This document shows, piece after piece, positions 38,301-46,162 of a DNA stretch of 64,000 nucleotides. The notes below the pieces were generated by a model. It was not told where the DNA came from. It saw nothing but the letters and a program-made list of their open reading frames with translations, and ran no database searches. This DNA comes from Bacteroidales bacterium. GTDB lineage: Bacteria > Bacteroidota > Bacteroidia > Bacteroidales > VadinHA17. Made by a program: the position numbers and the translations under genes. Every line of letters starts with the position of its first letter. Within the stretch, counting starts at the first letter, position 1. The stretch is taken from the NCBI GenBank assembly GCA_003141895.1, contig PLNT01000018.1, positions 85,647 to 149,646 on the forward strand, written 5' to 3'.

Positions 38301-38631
38301 CGGCATTATAGGGCTCGGATTTGTCCTTTTAAGAAACTTTAATGAGAGGAAAAAGGAATTCGCACTAATGCTTGCAGTAGGATTTAAGGCTGCTAAAATC
38401 AGACGAATGATACTCTCGGAACAACTTCTGATACTATTTGCCGGGGTTTTATCCGGAATTCTTCCGGCGGTCGTCGCTACCTCAGATTCGATAATGAATC
38501 ATGCAAAAATACCATGGATGTTTATGTTATTTATGGTCCTGGCATTAATGATTACAGGATCTTTAGTATTATCTATTTCAGTGAGATCAGTCACCAGAAA
38601 ATCATTGATAGGAAGTCTGAAAAAAGAATAA
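35380..38631 (+). CDS. very large double-FtsX ABC transporter permease
   Basis: 1083 aa. Two FtsX-type TM bundles (around LYALGFKNNRIF... and LMLAVGFKAAKIRR...), each preceded by a large extracytoplasmic domain. Lies 12 nt after the ATPase gene. Confidence 0.8.
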   Translation: MQGIIRIIFKSIKFYKIPVLYQILIIVLLSAVITGSLLTGESVRQSLKKTSSESLGNTGILISSGNRFFSPDLIQKMRNGSNISCTGLVELTGFCQNMNSQKGVVNAHIFAANKDFFAFQGSDSLSIKPGEVAVNIKLAQYLDLKKGDELIIRYSEINDIPADAPFAPDRKVKSVVMKIGAILEPEKVGNFSLLISQITPLNIFMDMNDLENDGHKINRILFKKDYKNSLIALYDTFKNNLTLKDIGFKIRTVKKTGKNELVSDRVFIDGTIADEISKVLPSSARVITYMGNHFKSGGRSTPYSFISGLPSALYPEIASGNGMIINRWMANDLGVKEGDAIQLYWYSPDSLNKLIEKNSHFIIKSIVDIKGIWADSLLMPDFPGISGKESCSDWDAGVPIKIHEIRKKDEDYWNRYRGTPKAFISYEKARELWGNNFGPATSFRFPIAVTVKDIENKINGSLDPYKVGFTITDIRAQSLKASESSVDFGSLFLSLGFFLILASLILLSFAASLYFDSKKRHINTLYALGFKNNRIFMLLFFESALINFAGCIIGAFGGFLANLLITGALNTVWNGAVQTNTLHPYFNIIPVLTGFVLTFLTIMVLMLIKIKRYLKVLHRKGIEIYNNHSGKKNLIILFISSYITISLLILSVLLNEQRMFFSLASGISLLLTCVLLWRQYYLGVSKRVQRKTETRRQFSRLYYSFNSSGAVTSILFIAAGIFTVFITEMNRMNFNEKAGNRSGGTGGYLLWCENTIPLKEDLNTDFARKSFGLDDTKLPGLRFVQMKRSSGNDASCLNLNHITTPPLLGTDPTDFINNKSFTFSKALKTEHLRNPWQYLKISPSSNVIYGIADQTVLDWGLKIKIGDTLMLRAENGMPLKIIIAAGLQSSVFQGNVLIGMEYFSKYFPSVSGSTVMLAEGKPESAELIRNTLNDRLENYGLSIEKTNNRLASFYTVSNTYLSIFAVFGVLGMIIGIIGLGFVLLRNFNERKKEFALMLAVGFKAAKIRRMILSEQLLILFAGVLSGILPAVVATSDSIMNHAKIPWMFMLFMVLALMITGSLVLSISVRSVTRKSLIGSLKKE

Positions 38632-38633
38632 TT

Positions 38634-38692
38634 ACCCAATCCCCTTGTAGGGAATGGTCGCGACCATTCCCTCAAATCATCTGGGGATGGGT
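38634..38692. terminator. nested palindrome between convergent genes (candidate bidirectional terminator)
   Basis: Perfect 22-nt palindrome GGGAATGGTCGCGACCATTCCC (38650-38671), enclosed by ACCCAATCCCC / GGGGATGGGT. Confidence 0.55.
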
Positions 38693-38717
38693 TTAGTGGG
38701 AATTAAAAATTCTGAGG

Positions 38718-40067
38718 TTATTTCTTACCAACCCCAATGAGATATTTCTGAGTTCTGAAGAATATCATTCCATCAGTAATTGAAGGAGCTGTTAAACATA
38801 TATCATTCAAAGGTATTTCCGCTATTTTATTGAATGTATTGCCATCACCTATAATATATACCATTCCATGTTCATCAACTATATAAATTTTACCATCTGA
38901 CGCTACAGGAGAAGCGATAAAACTTTGAGTATTCCCAAGTTTTGCATTATATAATACTTTCCCGTTAGTCGCATCATAGCAGACCACTGAGCCATTCCAG
39001 TTAACATTATAAAGATGATCCTTATACAGGAGCAATGTATGTATATATGAACCACCTCTCGGAATACTCCATTTAATAAACTCATTCAATTCACCGGGAG
39101 CTTTAGGTGTAATATCACCGGAGGCATTTGTTTTTATTGCATAAATTGGTGAAGAAGAGCCGTGGGCACTATTAAAATAAATAAGATCTTTACCGATCAC
39201 AGGTGTCGGAATAGGAACATCACCTCCGCCCGACATTCTCCATACCTCTTTCCCTGTTTCAATATCATATCCCCCCCTGTGTTTAAAACCGTTCACTGCA
39301 ATAATGGTTTTTGTTCCATTATTATATATGTTTGGTGTACACCATCCGGGGTATTCATCCCTTTTAGTTTTCCATAATTCCTTTCCCGATTTAAGGTCAT
39401 ATGCAGCCAGAAAAGAATTTTCAAGAACGTCGCATTGAATTATAAGCACACCATTATATATTATAGGTGAACTTGCGAATTCCCATTCAGCTGCCGGGTA
39501 ATCAAACGCAACTGACTTCAGTAAGCCCAGGTTCTTTTTCCATATAAGATTACCGTCAAAGTCATAACAATATAATCCTTCAGATCCAAAAAAAGCTACC
39601 GCATACTTCCCGTCTGTTGCCATGGAGGCATTCGCATGCGTTGATTTAGGATGACGCCTGATCTTCGGAATCCCTGTAAAGGCAGTTCTTTCCCATAATG
39701 TTTTGCCCGAGTTCTTATTGATACAAAGAATTTTCCAGTCATGAATTGAACTATCTGGCACTGGCATTCCATCACCATAAATACCTGTTTTGATACCTTG
39801 ATTGTCCGATTTGCTTACGGCAGTGGTAATGAATAACTTATCACCCCATATCACAGGGCTTGACAGTCCCAGTCCGGGTATTTCGGTTTTCCATTTCACA
39901 TTTATCATTTTTTGAATGTCAAATGATACCGGGAGGTCTGCATTGTCGAGCACACCTGACGACAAATAACCTCTGTAACCCGGCCATTGACGCTCAGGTT
40001 TAATTTGTCCGGGCAGAAGAGCTGAATATAAAGCAAATACTGTTAAAATAAATAACTTGAATCTCAT
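38718..40067 (-). CDS. secreted PQQ-like beta-propeller repeat protein
   Basis: Signal peptide, WPGYRG entry motif, and blades with GKTLWER / GNLIWKK / GKELWKT / GKEVWRM. Lies 11 nt downstream of the DUF2490-like gene on the same strand. Confidence 0.75.
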   Translation of the reverse strand: MRFKLFILTVFALYSALLPGQIKPERQWPGYRGYLSSGVLDNADLPVSFDIQKMINVKWKTEIPGLGLSSPVIWGDKLFITTAVSKSDNQGIKTGIYGDGMPVPDSSIHDWKILCINKNSGKTLWERTAFTGIPKIRRHPKSTHANASMATDGKYAVAFFGSEGLYCYDFDGNLIWKKNLGLLKSVAFDYPAAEWEFASSPIIYNGVLIIQCDVLENSFLAAYDLKSGKELWKTKRDEYPGWCTPNIYNNGTKTIIAVNGFKHRGGYDIETGKEVWRMSGGGDVPIPTPVIGKDLIYFNSAHGSSSPIYAIKTNASGDITPKAPGELNEFIKWSIPRGGSYIHTLLLYKDHLYNVNWNGSVVCYDATNGKVLYNAKLGNTQSFIASPVASDGKIYIVDEHGMVYIIGDGNTFNKIAEIPLNDICLTAPSITDGMIFFRTQKYLIGVGKK

Positions 40068-40078
40068 CAGGTGTAGAA

Positions 40079-40768
40079 TTAGAATTTAATATTATAGTTT
40101 ATTGACGCTATATTTATGTCTGAAAGATGGGGCTGATAATCACGTTGAAATATATATTCAGTTTCTACCGATTGTCGCTTTGTAATCTTGAAATCGAGTC
40201 CGGCTGAATACCTGTTTTTTCCTATTGTCCCAGAATATTTTGAAAACATTGGACAGAATGATTCAATATAAATGTATGGATTAACCGGGAAAGTTTTTGT
40301 GTGATATACTAATTTTACCTTTATCCTACCCGTATATGAAGGATATTTATCCACTTCGTGCTGAATGTAGTTCTTAATTAATATCTGGTACCTTAAACGA
40401 CAGGATAATGTAAAATCACCGACAGGAAGCGTACCTTTCAGATCAACAAAATACTTATGACGCAGATAATAGGAATTATTGTTTTCCACAGCTTTAGTTA
40501 GCCTGTATGATCCTGCAACAGATAAATTTTTATTCAAATTATAGGTTGCTCCGCCTTCAATAAAAGCCTCTTCGATTTTAGAAGCATTTTCGAATGTCCT
40601 GATATTTGTTGACAGGTCGATCTCAAATTTCTTGGATAGTTTATGTTCGGCTGAAATTCCATACCAGATTCCAAAGTCTTTTTCCTGTGTGAATGCAGTC
40701 AGGGGCAGAAATAATATGAGTATAAATAAAGAATAACGGAGTATTCTAATCATCGTCATCGTCATCAT
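40079..40768 (-). CDS. outer-membrane beta-barrel protein (DUF2490-like)
   Basis: Signal peptide, alternating amphipathic beta-strands, and a terminal aromatic residue (NYNIKF). Family assignment is from memory. Confidence 0.5.
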   Translation of the reverse strand: MMTMTMIRILRYSLFILILFLPLTAFTQEKDFGIWYGISAEHKLSKKFEIDLSTNIRTFENASKIEEAFIEGGATYNLNKNLSVAGSYRLTKAVENNNSYYLRHKYFVDLKGTLPVGDFTLSCRLRYQILIKNYIQHEVDKYPSYTGRIKVKLVYHTKTFPVNPYIYIESFCPMFSKYSGTIGKNRYSAGLDFKITKRQSVETEYIFQRDYQPHLSDINIASINYNIKF

Positions 40769-41456
40769 TTACTTTGTCAGGCTCTACCTGGGAAATTGTA
40801 TCAAGCAGGGCTCCGCTAACATAATAAAATATTTTAAGTGTGCAGGTATCTTTGAGAAAATCAATTTTACCGACCTCTACCCTGTTTATTTTTTTTATTC
40901 CAGTCCGCTTTTCCAGATCAGCAATAAGCTGCTGATGATCTTCCGGTTTGATGAGATCGATCTTTTCATAAATAATAGTTTTTGATAATTCATTTTTCAG
41001 AAGCCAGATTTTTTCAAGACCAAATGTTATTAGTATAATAATAAAATTGGTAAAAAGAACTTCTGCAACACTGGTCTTTGTATCAGCAAGAGAGTTGATG
41101 ATCGATACACCTATTATCAGAAAGAGATAGGTCATCTCTTTTATTGGGATGGAACTTGTTCTGTATCTGATTATACCAAAAATAGCAAATAGCCCCAGGG
41201 CAAATCCTATTTGTAGTTTTACACTGGCCAGAAGATAGCATAGAAGGAATATCAGTGTGGATATAAGAATATATGTAAACAGATAGTCTTTCCGCCTGGT
41301 AGTTGAATAATATAGCCATCTCACAAGAATTAATATTACAGTCATATTCAGGGTAAACCTTAACAATAGCTCCAGAAAGCTTGGAAAATCAATGAGTTCT
41401 ATACCTCCAATGTCTATTTTGTCCGGTTCAAGAAGATTTAAGGTATTCATTTTCAA
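40746..41456 (-). CDS. DUF4956-like integral membrane protein with poly-Asp C-terminus
   Basis: 4-5 TM helices plus a soluble C-terminal domain ending VNDDDDDD. Positioned after a VTC-domain gene, as in known VTC/DUF4956 pairs. Confidence 0.6.
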   Translation of the reverse strand: MKMNTLNLLEPDKIDIGGIELIDFPSFLELLLRFTLNMTVILILVRWLYYSTTRRKDYLFTYILISTLIFLLCYLLASVKLQIGFALGLFAIFGIIRYRTSSIPIKEMTYLFLIIGVSIINSLADTKTSVAEVLFTNFIIILITFGLEKIWLLKNELSKTIIYEKIDLIKPEDHQQLIADLEKRTGIKKINRVEVGKIDFLKDTCTLKIFYYVSGALLDTISQVEPDKVNDDDDDD

Positions 41457-42204
41457 TTTTATTTATTAAGAGTAAATTTTGTTTCAGGATGTTTTTTCTT
41501 GGCATTTCAGAGGTAATTGCGCTCCCGATACAGTACTTGCTGAAACTGTTCGGTCGTATGCCAAAGTCTTTCATAATAATTCCAAATGGCGAGGATCCAT
41601 AATGACGATTTCTTTTTATCTCGGCAATAGCTAAAAATGGCAGGTTAGAATTTTTTCCGTCCGGAGTTGCAAAAGTCAGATTATAATCGAGGGTAATCCT
41701 TTCTCTGCATTCTATTCCAACAAGTGTTATTCTTGTAAATCCGTTAATAAGTACTGGTTTCAGGTCAACGCATAGATCAGGCAAATATTCTTTAATGAAA
41801 ACTGAAGCAATGGCATCTGGAGAATCATCAGTCAACCTGTTTTCAATCCGCCATTTAATTGTTCTGTTTTTGTTTGTTTTCTTTTTGATTTCAAGAAAAG
41901 ATACACCTGTTGACTCATAGCGTCTATACCTGATTTTGTGTCTGTTAAGTTTTCCCCTTACCTGTTGCATGTAAAACAGGAGATCTGAAGTATCAAGATA
42001 GGTAGTTTGATAGGGAAAGCTTCTGACTGCGTTTATATCCAGTATTTTATACCTGAGTGACAGAAGATCAAGTAGCGCCGGTAATCTCTTTGAAGAAAAA
42101 ATATACTTTGTTTCAACCCTGTTCATCAACATTACTTCATCCATCTCATGTAATGCAATCGGGTTGAATGAACCCAGTATATTATTTATCTCCAATCTGT
42201 ACAT
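41428..42204 (-). CDS. VTC-domain (polyphosphate-polymerase-like, triphosphate tunnel metalloenzyme fold) protein
   Basis: 258 aa. Tunnel-type charged strands (NRVETKYIF, FLEIKKKT, AIAEIKRN). Overlaps the DUF4956-like gene by 29 nt. Confidence 0.7.
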   Translation of the reverse strand: MYRLEINNILGSFNPIALHEMDEVMLMNRVETKYIFSSKRLPALLDLLSLRYKILDINAVRSFPYQTTYLDTSDLLFYMQQVRGKLNRHKIRYRRYESTGVSFLEIKKKTNKNRTIKWRIENRLTDDSPDAIASVFIKEYLPDLCVDLKPVLINGFTRITLVGIECRERITLDYNLTFATPDGKNSNLPFLAIAEIKRNRHYGSSPFGIIMKDFGIRPNSFSKYCIGSAITSEMPRKNILKQNLLLINKIENEYLKSS

Positions 42205-42207
42205 GCC

Positions 42208-42624
42208 TTAATAAGTTGTATATGTATAAGTCTTTCTTGACTTCAGCTTTTTGTTTGAATCATAAACATTTTTTTCAGTGCGAAGACCATTCACGAATTT
42301 ATAGTCTGATGATTCTTTTATTTTGCCTGATGCATCAAATTCTTCTTCCTTAATTTTATTATTATCAACATCATACTCATACTTAAAGTGTTTATCTATT
42401 TTACCTTGCTTATAAGAAATTGATTCCACCACATTTCCACGGGAATCGTAATAGGTTTCAGATTCCTTATACTGTTTTTTTACTATCATGTCATATTTTT
42501 CATCAGAAACCACGATGCTTTTAATTTTATTCGTAGTTTCTGATTTCTGACATACTGCTGATAAAGCACAAGCTAAAAACATGATAATGAGAATAATTGG
42601 TTTTATTGTTTTCATCTGGTTCAT
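42208..42624 (-). CDS. small secreted repeat protein, function unknown
   Basis: Signal peptide MKTIKPIILIIMFLACALSAV. Short Y/K/D-rich beta-hairpin-like repeats. Its stop lies 3 nt before the VTC gene start. The start is chosen at an internal ATG; the ORF extends to a TTG at 42672. Confidence 0.4.
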   Translation of the reverse strand: MNQMKTIKPIILIIMFLACALSAVCQKSETTNKIKSIVVSDEKYDMIVKKQYKESETYYDSRGNVVESISYKQGKIDKHFKYEYDVDNNKIKEEEFDASGKIKESSDYKFVNGLRTEKNVYDSNKKLKSRKTYTYTTY

Positions 42625-42799
42625 ATTTGGAAGGTTACCTTTGATTAATTTCTGATGGTTAGCGGTTTTCAAAAATACATTTACTTAAACTTAGTATGAA
42701 ATATTTCAGATTAATAATTTAAACTATCCACTTAAAAGACCTTTCTATTAAGGTATCACCATATGAGGTGTAAATCTTCGCAAATGCATTAAAATTAAA

Positions 42800-42861
42800 T
42801 CTGACTTTTTGAACATATTAGTCAGAGAGATTGTTATATTTGCATCTTTTTTTATGCAAAT
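42800..42861 (+). promoter_or_regulatory. two inverted repeats upstream of or overlapping the TetR start (candidate operators)
   Basis: TCTGACT-N13-AGTCAGA (42800-42826) and ATTTGCAT-N8-ATGCAAAT (42838-42861). The second covers the ATG at 42854. Confidence 0.4.
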
Positions 42862-43483
42862 GAATCTCGCAAAAACCGGTATTGATAAAAGCAAAAAGCT
42901 GCAATTGATTATTGAAGCATCGCAAAAGCGCTTCGGATTATTTGGTATTGAGAAGACTTCTATGCGCGAAATTGCTGATGATCTTAAATTATCAAAAGCA
43001 TCACTTTACTACTATTTCCCGGACAAAGAATCTCTTTACAAGGCGGTAGTTGAAAAGGAACAAAATGAATTTATTGCTAAGATTTCTGAAAGGATATTCA
43101 ATTTTCATGAACCTGAACAATTGCTTTTGGAATATGTAAATGCCCGAGTTTCTTACTTTCGTACACTATTGAATCTTAGTAGATTACGATTAGAAACTAA
43201 TTCAGGTCTGAAACCAGGATTCATTGAAGCAATTAATACATTCAGGGAGAAAGAGAAAGATATTATAAAAAAGATTTTTGACAAGGGTATCAGAAGCAGC
43301 ATCTTTTATATAGATGACACAGACCAGATGGCTTCCCTGTTTCTTGATTTGCTGAAAGGATTAAGAATAACGTTAATAAATGAAAAGAAGACCCTCTTTC
43401 TTGAGGAGGAAGAATATGAACTTCTGCACGAAAAAACAATTTCCTTTACTAATATTTTTATTAAAGCACTGAAATATAAATAA
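42854..43483 (+). CDS. TetR/AcrR family transcriptional regulator
   Basis: HTH region FGIEKTSMREIADDLKLSKASLYYYFPDKESLY. Start is placed at ATG 42854 (alternatives ATG 42860 and TTG 42809). Confidence 0.85.
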   Translation: MQMNLAKTGIDKSKKLQLIIEASQKRFGLFGIEKTSMREIADDLKLSKASLYYYFPDKESLYKAVVEKEQNEFIAKISERIFNFHEPEQLLLEYVNARVSYFRTLLNLSRLRLETNSGLKPGFIEAINTFREKEKDIIKKIFDKGIRSSIFYIDDTDQMASLFLDLLKGLRITLINEKKTLFLEEEEYELLHEKTISFTNIFIKALKYK

Positions 43484-43530
43484 TTTAAAACATTGATAAT
43501 TAACAAAATAATTAAACTCAGAACATTTTT

Positions 43531-44538
43531 ATGAAAGAAGAACCGAACAAAAAGCGACTAAAGGTCTACATCCCGCTTGCAATTGTTGTGTTAATGATTC
43601 TGGCTGGCGCATTTTACTGGTACAAAGATTATTCCATGTATATAACTACTGATGATGCTCACGTTGATGCAGATAATGTCAGCGTAGGATCAAAGATAAT
43701 CGGGCGAATATCAAATCTTTATGCGAATGAAGGAGATGTTGTAAAGAAGGGTATGTTGCTTGCTGACCTCGATAGTACGGACCTTCTTGCGCAAAGAAAC
43801 CAATCACTAGCTATGAAGGCTCAGTCGCAGGCTAATTTATACCAATCAGAAGCTAAATTCAGTTCCGATCAAAAGGGTATTAAAGTTCTTGAAATAAATC
43901 TCGATCGGGCAAATGAAGATTTGGTCAGGGCAAAAAATCAGTCTGAAGGTGGTGTTATTACTCAGGAACAGTTCGACCATATTAAGAAAACATTTGAAGC
44001 GGCTTCAGCTCAGCTTGATGTGTCAAAAGCGCAACTATTAGTTTCAAAATCGATGATCGGAAGCGCTTCAGCTTCAGTTGAAACTGCTGGTGCTCAGATA
44101 AAAGTACTTGATGCACAATTAAAAAATACAAGACTTTATGCGCCAACTGACGGAGTCATTGCAAGAAGATGGCTTATGCCAGGAGATGTGGTTCAGCCAA
44201 GCCAGTCAGTATTTACTGTTACCATAAGCAAAAATCTTTGGATAGTTGCTTATCTGGAGGAGACAAAGATCGGAGAAATTCACTCAGGACAGAGTGTAAG
44301 ATTTACCATTGATGCATTTCCCAATGTAAAATTCACCGGAAAAGTATTTCTGGTTGGTTCAAACACCGCATCGGTGTTTTCTTTGATTCCTGCAAATAAT
44401 GCAGCCGGCAATTTTACAAAAGTTACTCAACGAATACCTGTAAGAATATCAATAGACAAAGCCGATAATAATAAAGATCTTACTTCTTTCAATATTTTAT
44501 CCGGTATGTCTAGTGTAGTAAAGATTATCAAAAAATAG
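43531..44538 (+). CDS. HlyD/EmrA-family periplasmic adaptor
   Basis: N-terminal TM, coiled-coil segment, then barrel-sandwich and beta-barrel regions. Confidence 0.85.
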   Translation: MKEEPNKKRLKVYIPLAIVVLMILAGAFYWYKDYSMYITTDDAHVDADNVSVGSKIIGRISNLYANEGDVVKKGMLLADLDSTDLLAQRNQSLAMKAQSQANLYQSEAKFSSDQKGIKVLEINLDRANEDLVRAKNQSEGGVITQEQFDHIKKTFEAASAQLDVSKAQLLVSKSMIGSASASVETAGAQIKVLDAQLKNTRLYAPTDGVIARRWLMPGDVVQPSQSVFTVTISKNLWIVAYLEETKIGEIHSGQSVRFTIDAFPNVKFTGKVFLVGSNTASVFSLIPANNAAGNFTKVTQRIPVRISIDKADNNKDLTSFNILSGMSSVVKIIKK

Positions 44539-44539
44539 G

Positions 44540-46162
44540 ATGGAAAACAGAAGAACACCATCTCACCGCATCAGGTACTTTGTCAGAAACAGCAATTCGG
44601 CTTTTCATCCAAAGCATTTGTCATACAAGTGGTTCCTTCTCGCAAATGTCATGCTTGGAACCTTTATGGCCGTTTTGGACGCAACTATCGTAAATGTCGG
44701 ATTACCTAAAATAATGGCATCCTTTGGAGTTGGACTCGATAAAATTGAATGGGTTGTTACAGCCTACATGCTTGCAATGGCTGTCGCTCTCCCTACTTCA
44801 GGATGGCTTGCAGACAAGTTCGGGTTTAAGAGACTATATTTCATAGGATTATTCCTTTTTACATTAGGATCAATGCTTTGCGGCAGGGCATCAGATGAAA
44901 ACATGCTGATAGCAGCAAGAGTAATTCAGGGGTTAGGAGCAGGTACAATTCAACCGCTTGGAATGGCAATCATTAGCCGGGAATTTCCACCTCACCAACG
45001 TGGTATTGCACTCGGATTCTGGGGTATTTCTGCAGCAGCTTCAGTCTCCTTCGGACCTCTTATCGGCGGGTTCCTGATCGACCGTTTTAGTTGGCCGTTG
45101 ATTTTTGATGTCAATATTCCGATTGGTATTCTGGCCATGATATTTACAATAATTATCCAGAGTGAGTATAAGAATAAACAAGCAAGAAGCTTTGATCTTG
45201 TAGGTTTTATATCAGTTACGATTTTTCTTCCAGTGACACTTTATATCCTGTCTCAGGGCAACGCTGCCACCAATTCAGCCGGATGGCATGCACCATTCAT
45301 ACTGGGTTATGGAGCTATTGCTTTAATTGCGCTGGCGGTTTTTATAACCGCAGAACTGACAGTGAAAGAGCCGCTTTTAGATCTCAGGCTGCTTCTGAAC
45401 CATAATTTTGGCATTGCTAATATTATTTTGCTGATTTTTAGTCTTGGAATGTTCGGAAGCACTTTTTTACTTCCAATTTATTTACAGAATTCCCTCGGAT
45501 ATACTGCTCTTCAGGCAGGTTCAGTTTTTTTACCAGTTGGAATAATTCAAGGTTTTATTGCCCCTATTTCCGGAAGGATCTCAGATAAGTTTAATCCAAA
45601 GATTCCTCTTCTTATAGGTGTTGTAATATTTGCTTTCAGCTTTTACCTTAATTCAAAACTATCATGGCTAACCGAATTGAATTTCATTATGATATCATTA
45701 TATCTCAGAGGATTTGCCATGGGTCTGATGTTTACAGCTTTAACCACAGTGTCGCTTTCAGAGATACCCAGGGATAAAATGGCACAGGCATCGGCGATTA
45801 CAAATTCTATCCGGCAGCTTGGAGGAAGCCTGGGGGTTGCTTTTCTTGCCACATTCCTGACTACAAGAGTCAATTTCCATTCACAAGTGTTTGCTGCTTC
45901 GGTTAAACCCAATTCAGAGGTTTATCAACAGACTGTAGCTAATATGAAAAATCATCTTCAATATGAGGCCGGTAGTTCACCCTCAATCGCCACGAGGCAA
46001 GGACAGGGTATTATACTTTCAAATATAAGCAAACAGGCTTATATACAAGGCATCGATGACGATTTCCTCCTGGCTGGTTTTGTGACTCTTTTAGGCGGCA
46101 TTCCAATAATTTTTCTGCATTCAAAAAAACAAAAAAATAAAAATCTTCCTTCACATGAATAA
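44540..46162 (+). CDS. MFS drug:H+ antiporter, DHA2 (EmrB/QacA) family
   Basis: 540 aa with about 14 TM. LDATIVNVGLP and GWLADKFGFKR motifs. Starts 1 nt after the adaptor gene stop. Confidence 0.85.
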   Translation: MENRRTPSHRIRYFVRNSNSAFHPKHLSYKWFLLANVMLGTFMAVLDATIVNVGLPKIMASFGVGLDKIEWVVTAYMLAMAVALPTSGWLADKFGFKRLYFIGLFLFTLGSMLCGRASDENMLIAARVIQGLGAGTIQPLGMAIISREFPPHQRGIALGFWGISAAASVSFGPLIGGFLIDRFSWPLIFDVNIPIGILAMIFTIIIQSEYKNKQARSFDLVGFISVTIFLPVTLYILSQGNAATNSAGWHAPFILGYGAIALIALAVFITAELTVKEPLLDLRLLLNHNFGIANIILLIFSLGMFGSTFLLPIYLQNSLGYTALQAGSVFLPVGIIQGFIAPISGRISDKFNPKIPLLIGVVIFAFSFYLNSKLSWLTELNFIMISLYLRGFAMGLMFTALTTVSLSEIPRDKMAQASAITNSIRQLGGSLGVAFLATFLTTRVNFHSQVFAASVKPNSEVYQQTVANMKNHLQYEAGSSPSIATRQGQGIILSNISKQAYIQGIDDDFLLAGFVTLLGGIPIIFLHSKKQKNKNLPSHE

